Shown here one piece after another: positions 60,138 through 64,000 of a stretch of DNA of 64,000 bases. A program made the position numbers and the translations under genes. Where the stretch lies: the NCBI GenBank assembly GCA_963839515.1, contig CAWIVN010000030.1:32040-96039 (forward strand). Reading direction: 5' to 3'. The stretch is from an uncultured Chloroflexia bacterium. Lineage in GTDB: Bacteria > Chloroflexota > Anaerolineae > Caldilineales > Caldilineaceae. Below the pieces are notes generated by a model. That model had not been told where the DNA came from. It worked only from the letters and a program-made list of their open reading frames with translations, and made no database searches. The stretch's first letter is position 1. Each line of letters begins with the position of its first letter.

Positions 60138-60898
60138 ATGGAGATCCAGGGCAAGGTGGCGCTGGTAACGGGCGGCGCTATCCGCGTGGGCAAGGCAATC
60201 ACGCTGGCGTTGGCACGCGGGGCGCGAATGTCGTGGTCAACTACAATACGTCGGCCGGCGAGGCCCAGGACACTGTAGCTGAGGCCGAGGCGCTGGGCGT
60301 GCACGGCCTGGCCGTGCAATGCGACGTTTCCAACCTGGCGGCGGTGCAGGCGATGGTCCAGCAAGTGACCGATCGGTTTGGCGGTGTGGACATCCTTGTC
60401 AATGCAGCCAGCCTGTTTGGCAAAATCCAAGTGCCTTCCACGGATCTGGAGAAAGATCTAGAGACCTGGCACAAGGTAACACGCATCTCGATCGACGGCG
60501 CCTTTTACGTCTCGACCCTGCTCGCTCCCGGTATGCTGGCGCGTGGGGGCGGCGCCATCGTCAACATCGTAGATTTGTCAGTATGGAACCCCTGGCCCGG
60601 CTTCACCGCGCACGCCGTCGGCAAGGCAGGGTTGATGGCCCTGACGCAGCAGTTGGCGCTGGAACTGGCGCCGACTGTACGAGTAAACGCCGTCGCCCCC
60701 GGCCCAATCTTGCCGCCCCCTGGGCGCAGCGAGGCGCAGAAAGCTGCCATCGCCGGACGCACACTTTTGGAACGCTGGGGCTCGCCCGACGACGTCGGCC
60801 ACGCCGTCCGCTTTCTGGTGGAGGCTGACTACATAACCGGCGAAACCATCTACGTGGACGGTGGCGAGCACTTTGGGCAATACAAGCCCCGTCGCTAG
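60138..60898 (+). pseudogene. SDR-family oxidoreductase with a +1 frameshift in a G-run near 60205-60215
   Basis: MEIQGKVALVTGGAIRVGKAITLALAR is in one frame and GANVVVNYNTS ... NAAS ... Y-x3-K ... in the next; the junction is at GCACGCGGGGCGCGAATG. Confidence 0.65.
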
Positions 60899-60908
60899 GA
60901 ACCTGCGC

Positions 60909-62054
60909 CTAGAAGCCCATGCTGCGGCCGATGATTTCCTTCATGATCTCATTGCTGCCGCCGTAGATGCGCTGCACGCGGGCATCAAGATAGGCGCGTG
61001 CGATCGGGTATTCGAGCATGTAGCCGTAGCCGCCATGCAGCTGCAGGCAGCGGTCCAGCACGCGGCCTTCGAGTTCGGTGGTCCACCATTTGGCCATGGC
61101 CGCTACCTCGTTGCTTAACGTGCCGGCATTCAAATCTTCTATACAGCGATCGACAAAGACGCGTGCCACCTGTGTCTCGGTCTGCATCTCGGCCAGCGCA
61201 AAACGGGAGGCTTGAAAGGTGCCGATCGGCTGGCCAAAGGCAGAGCGCTCGTGGCAGTACTGGGTGGTCACCGCCAGGCCAAATTCACAGGCGGCCACCG
61301 CCTTGATGGCGATCGTCAGCCGTTCCTGCGGCAAGTTGCTCATCAGGTAGGTAAAGCCCTTGCCTTCCTCGCCCAGCAGGTTGGCGGCCGGCACGCGCAC
61401 ATTGTCGAAGAACAGCTCGGCCGTATCCTGGGCATGCAGCCCAATCTTCTCCAGCTTGCGGCCCCGCCGAAAGCCTTCCATCCCGCGCTCGACGACCAGC
61501 AAAGAGATCCCCTTGCGCCCGGCGCCCGGGTCGGTCTTGGCCACGACGATGACCAGGTCGCTGAGCAGGCCATTGGTAATGAATGTCTTTTGCCCGTTGA
61601 CGATGTAGTCATCGCCGTCGCGGATGGCGGTCGTGCGGACAGCTGCAAGGTCGCTGCCCGCGCTCGGCTCCGTCATGGCGATGGCGAGAATCAGGTCACC
61701 CGACGCGATCCCGGGCAGCCAGCGCTCCTTCTGTTCGTCAGTCGTGTAGGCAACCATGTAGGGCGCGGCGACGTCGGCGTGCAGGCTAAAGCCCACGCTT
61801 GGCGCGTTCGCCAGCATCAGCTCTTCGATCACGATCGTGCTGTAGCGAAAGTCGTTGGCTTCGCCGCCGCCATAGGCCTCCGGCAGGTTCACGCCCAGCA
61901 GCCCCTGCGCCCCCGCTTTGCGCCACAGTTCGCGTGACACGCAGCCATCCTTCTCCCACTGGTCGTAGTACGGGGTCACTTCCTTCTGGGTGAAGCGACG
62001 AACGGACTGGCGGAACTGGTCATGTTCGGCAGTGAATAGCGTGCGAGCTAGCAT
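60909..62054 (-). CDS. Acyl-CoA dehydrogenase
   Basis: ACAD N-terminal, middle and C-terminal domains (NGQKTFITNG ... catalytic Glu region YEIYGGSNEI-like IYGGSNEIMKEII). Confidence 0.85.
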   Translation of the reverse strand: MLARTLFTAEHDQFRQSVRRFTQKEVTPYYDQWEKDGCVSRELWRKAGAQGLLGVNLPEAYGGGEANDFRYSTIVIEELMLANAPSVGFSLHADVAAPYMVAYTTDEQKERWLPGIASGDLILAIAMTEPSAGSDLAAVRTTAIRDGDDYIVNGQKTFITNGLLSDLVIVVAKTDPGAGRKGISLLVVERGMEGFRRGRKLEKIGLHAQDTAELFFDNVRVPAANLLGEEGKGFTYLMSNLPQERLTIAIKAVAACEFGLAVTTQYCHERSAFGQPIGTFQASRFALAEMQTETQVARVFVDRCIEDLNAGTLSNEVAAMAKWWTTELEGRVLDRCLQLHGGYGYMLEYPIARAYLDARVQRIYGGSNEIMKEIIGRSMGF

Positions 62055-62348
62055 AATAACCCTCCAACTTCAGACTGCCCGTGTCCAAGTTTGTCCTCAC
62101 TGACGTCATCTAGAATAGTCCACTCCACACGTCGGCGTCAACCGCACATCAAAGCCAAGGCCAGCCCGCACTATTACTGGAGCGCAGGCGTCCTCGCCTG
62201 CATTCCCGCGGGCGACACTTCCAGGAGGTACCCCCACCTCCGGGAAGTCCAAAGTTATACCAGAGATAACCGGTTGTTCGAGCAAACGTCTTGCCCAAAA
62301 CATGCGAGGCTGCCTTTACATGTACATACAATTGGTGCATACTTGATC

Positions 62349-62474
62349 ATGGTAACATGCGAATGGGATGAAGCGAAGAACCAGGCCAACATCCGCATCA
62401 TCTCGGCGCGGCCCGCCAATCGCAAGGAAAGGAGACGGTACCATGCAGAAGTACAAAGAACCGCTGACCGCTAG
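62349..62474 (+). pseudogene. BrnT-family toxin remnant (41 aa; internal in-frame deletion)
   Basis: EWDEAKNQANI, which matches the N-terminal BrnT motif, is fused directly to RIISARPANRKERRRY, which matches the BrnT C-terminal motif. Confidence 0.5.
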
Positions 62475-62712
62475 TGAACTGGCCAACCTGCCAGACGCCG
62501 AGATCGACTACTCCGACATCCCCGAACTGGACGAGGAGTTCTGGCAGAACGCTGAGCTGCGCGTGCCCGCTAACAAGGAGCGGATCACCCTGCGCGTGGA
62601 TCGGGATGTGCTGGAGTACTTCCGCCGCAGCGGGCAAGGCTACCAGACGCGCATCAATGCCGTGCTACGGGCGTATGTGGAGATGCAGCATGGGAAGAAT
62701 ACCCTCCCCTAG
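62443..62712 (+). CDS. BrnA-family antitoxin (DUF4415 / CopG-like)
   Basis: IDYSDIPELDEEFWQNA ... ITLRVDRDVLEYFRRSGQGYQTRINAVLRAYVE. AGGAG RBS before the ATG at 62443; overlaps the BrnT remnant. Confidence 0.6.
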   Translation: MQKYKEPLTASELANLPDAEIDYSDIPELDEEFWQNAELRVPANKERITLRVDRDVLEYFRRSGQGYQTRINAVLRAYVEMQHGKNTLP

Positions 62713-63038
62713 TCAGTTGGCGGCGACATGGCCAGTAAGTCGTACCGAGCCAACATTTATCAGCGCTACCAATCTCGGCGTGCTGCAGTGCTCCTAATGT
62801 TGCCGAGGTCCAGGAGTGCGAGGAGCCGGATAAGTGGCCAAACTGCAGTGCCACGTCGATTCAATGGCACGGCGTCAAGCCGCACAAGGTAGCGACCACG
62901 CGGCGACGGAGGTTAAGTTCGCGCCTTTGCTCAATCGCAACAAGGAGTTAGGCTCGCAGGCGCAAGACAGTCTTCCAACGTATACCTGCCGCAAGAAGCC
63001 GGTGCAGCCGGAAGCAGACACATCGTAAGGAGACAGGT

Positions 63039-63860
63039 ATGAAAGCAAGCGGACATACCAAATGGATTGCCATCCTAATGGTGTGCGCAGCGCTGCTGGC
63101 CAGCGGCTGTACCGGCGTCACAGTCACAATTCATCGCTTCACGCCGGTGGCCATTGTCACTGCGGCACCTACCCCCATCGCAGCAGCTGACGCCGCTTCG
63201 GCACCCGTTGCAGTTGCCTTCTCCACGCCAGAAGCGGCGATCGAAGCGTATCTTGACGGCATCGCCCATCAGGATATCGATGCCATCCTGGCCGCCAGCG
63301 CCGTCAACGAAGTGGCCGAGCAGTTCGACTTCCAGGGTTATGTCGAGCGGCTGCACGCTATGCCGCTGCTCACCTCGCCGGCCCCCGCCGATCACCAGTT
63401 CTATGCCGAAATGAACCGGATCCGGCGGCAGAGCGAAATTCTCAGCCTGGTGCGCAATTTCGCCTACAGCCTGCTGTCGGGCGAGGTGATCGACGGGAAC
63501 ATCATCGCTGCTCCGGAGCCCGACCGTGTGCGCACCTTTGTGACCGATATCGACCCCAGCAGGCTGGCCGGCCTCGAACTCGTCAAGATCGGCTCGCCTA
63601 TGCCCGATCTGCTGTCCAGCACCCGCTACCTGGACAACACGGCGAAGATGGCCGCAATCTATGGCGCGGACGAGCTGACGGAACGGGTCGCGCTGCTGGC
63701 GTTTGAACAGAACTACTACCTCGTGGGTTTCTCGCTGCTCCGCTATGGCGCAGACTGGAAGATCCTGAACCAGACATCCAACCTGGCCGGCACCTCGGCA
63801 CTAGGCACGGTGCAGCCGACGACACCCGAGGCATTCGCAGGCCTGATCGCCGCGGATTGA
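63039..63860 (+). CDS. Hypothetical lipoprotein
   Basis: Lipobox LLASGC after a signal peptide; AGGAGA RBS; no recognisable domains. Confidence 0.5.
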   Translation: MKASGHTKWIAILMVCAALLASGCTGVTVTIHRFTPVAIVTAAPTPIAAADAASAPVAVAFSTPEAAIEAYLDGIAHQDIDAILAASAVNEVAEQFDFQGYVERLHAMPLLTSPAPADHQFYAEMNRIRRQSEILSLVRNFAYSLLSGEVIDGNIIAAPEPDRVRTFVTDIDPSRLAGLELVKIGSPMPDLLSSTRYLDNTAKMAAIYGADELTERVALLAFEQNYYLVGFSLLRYGADWKILNQTSNLAGTSALGTVQPTTPEAFAGLIAAD

Positions 63861-63869
63861 CTCGCGCCC

Positions 63870-64000
63870 TCATACTCCTATCGCACCGTCTGCCAACAGT
63901 GCGTCAATCTCTCCCTGCGTAAAGCCCCAGTCGCAGAGGACGGCCTGCGTGTCCTGGCCGGCAAGCGGCGGCGGGTTGCGGATCTCGCCGGGCGTGCGGC
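63870..64000 (-). CDS. Family III CoA-transferase (CaiB/BaiF-like), 3' end only (partial)
   Basis: The reverse-strand translation ends ... PGEIRNPPPLAGQDTQAVLCDWGFTQGEIDALLADGAIGV*, typical of the CaiB C-terminus. Confidence 0.5.
   Translation of the reverse strand, partial: RTPGEIRNPPPLAGQDTQAVLCDWGFTQGEIDALLADGAIGV

Overview
High-GC bacterial chromosomal segment, with gene content and codon usage suggestive of a Chloroflexi-type organism. Almost all of it is protein-coding, and I found no rRNA, tRNA, CRISPR array, transposase or integrase. Recognisable housekeeping content: a 2-oxoacid dehydrogenase E2 gene, a GNAT gene and a fused E1 alpha-beta gene; a complete mrpABCDEFG cation/proton antiporter operon; ppk1 and mdh; the ffh-rpsP-KH-rimM cluster followed by dprA; a mannose-1-phosphate guanylyltransferase; a minus-strand block of dGTPase, CutC, XdhC and a PyrK-like protein; ROK kinase, M32 carboxypeptidase, an S1-domain protein, an SDR, an acyl-CoA dehydrogenase and a brnTA-like toxin-antitoxin pair. 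Two regions look accessory and unusual. (1) 6.2-16.2 kb: an ECF sigma factor, a soluble zinc-finger (ZAS) anti-sigma factor and, translationally coupled to it, a 996-aa TPR-CHAT caspase-like protease, followed by two S8 subtilases and a secreted repeat protein. The second subtilase copy arose by a tandem segmental duplication that also carries a decayed remnant of the CHAT gene 3' end; it is frameshifted and holds a 21-bp x3 in-frame tandem repeat. The sigma / anti-sigma / TPR-CHAT arrangement resembles the type III-E Craspase-Csx30-RpoE signalling axis, but no CRISPR or cas genes are present. (2) 25.4-33.6 kb: three paralogous P-loop ATPases of the AAA_16 / Arch_ATPase (DUF234) type, one of them fused to GAF domains and a histidine kinase; a response regulator whose output domain looks like an APH/protein-kinase-like phosphotransferase; and an SPFH/band-7 protein. 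The plus-strand and minus-strand genes of this block overlap tail to tail by 4 nt. Smaller observations: a roughly 50-nt nested palindromic element occurs in two separate convergent intergenic regions; PPK1 carries an N-terminal disordered extension with an AT-hook-like RGRP motif behind a perfect AGGAGG ribosome-binding site; the BrnT toxin has an internal in-frame deletion while BrnA is intact; the SDR gene is frameshifted in a G-run. All calls are from reading the sequence and ORF translations; no database searches were run.
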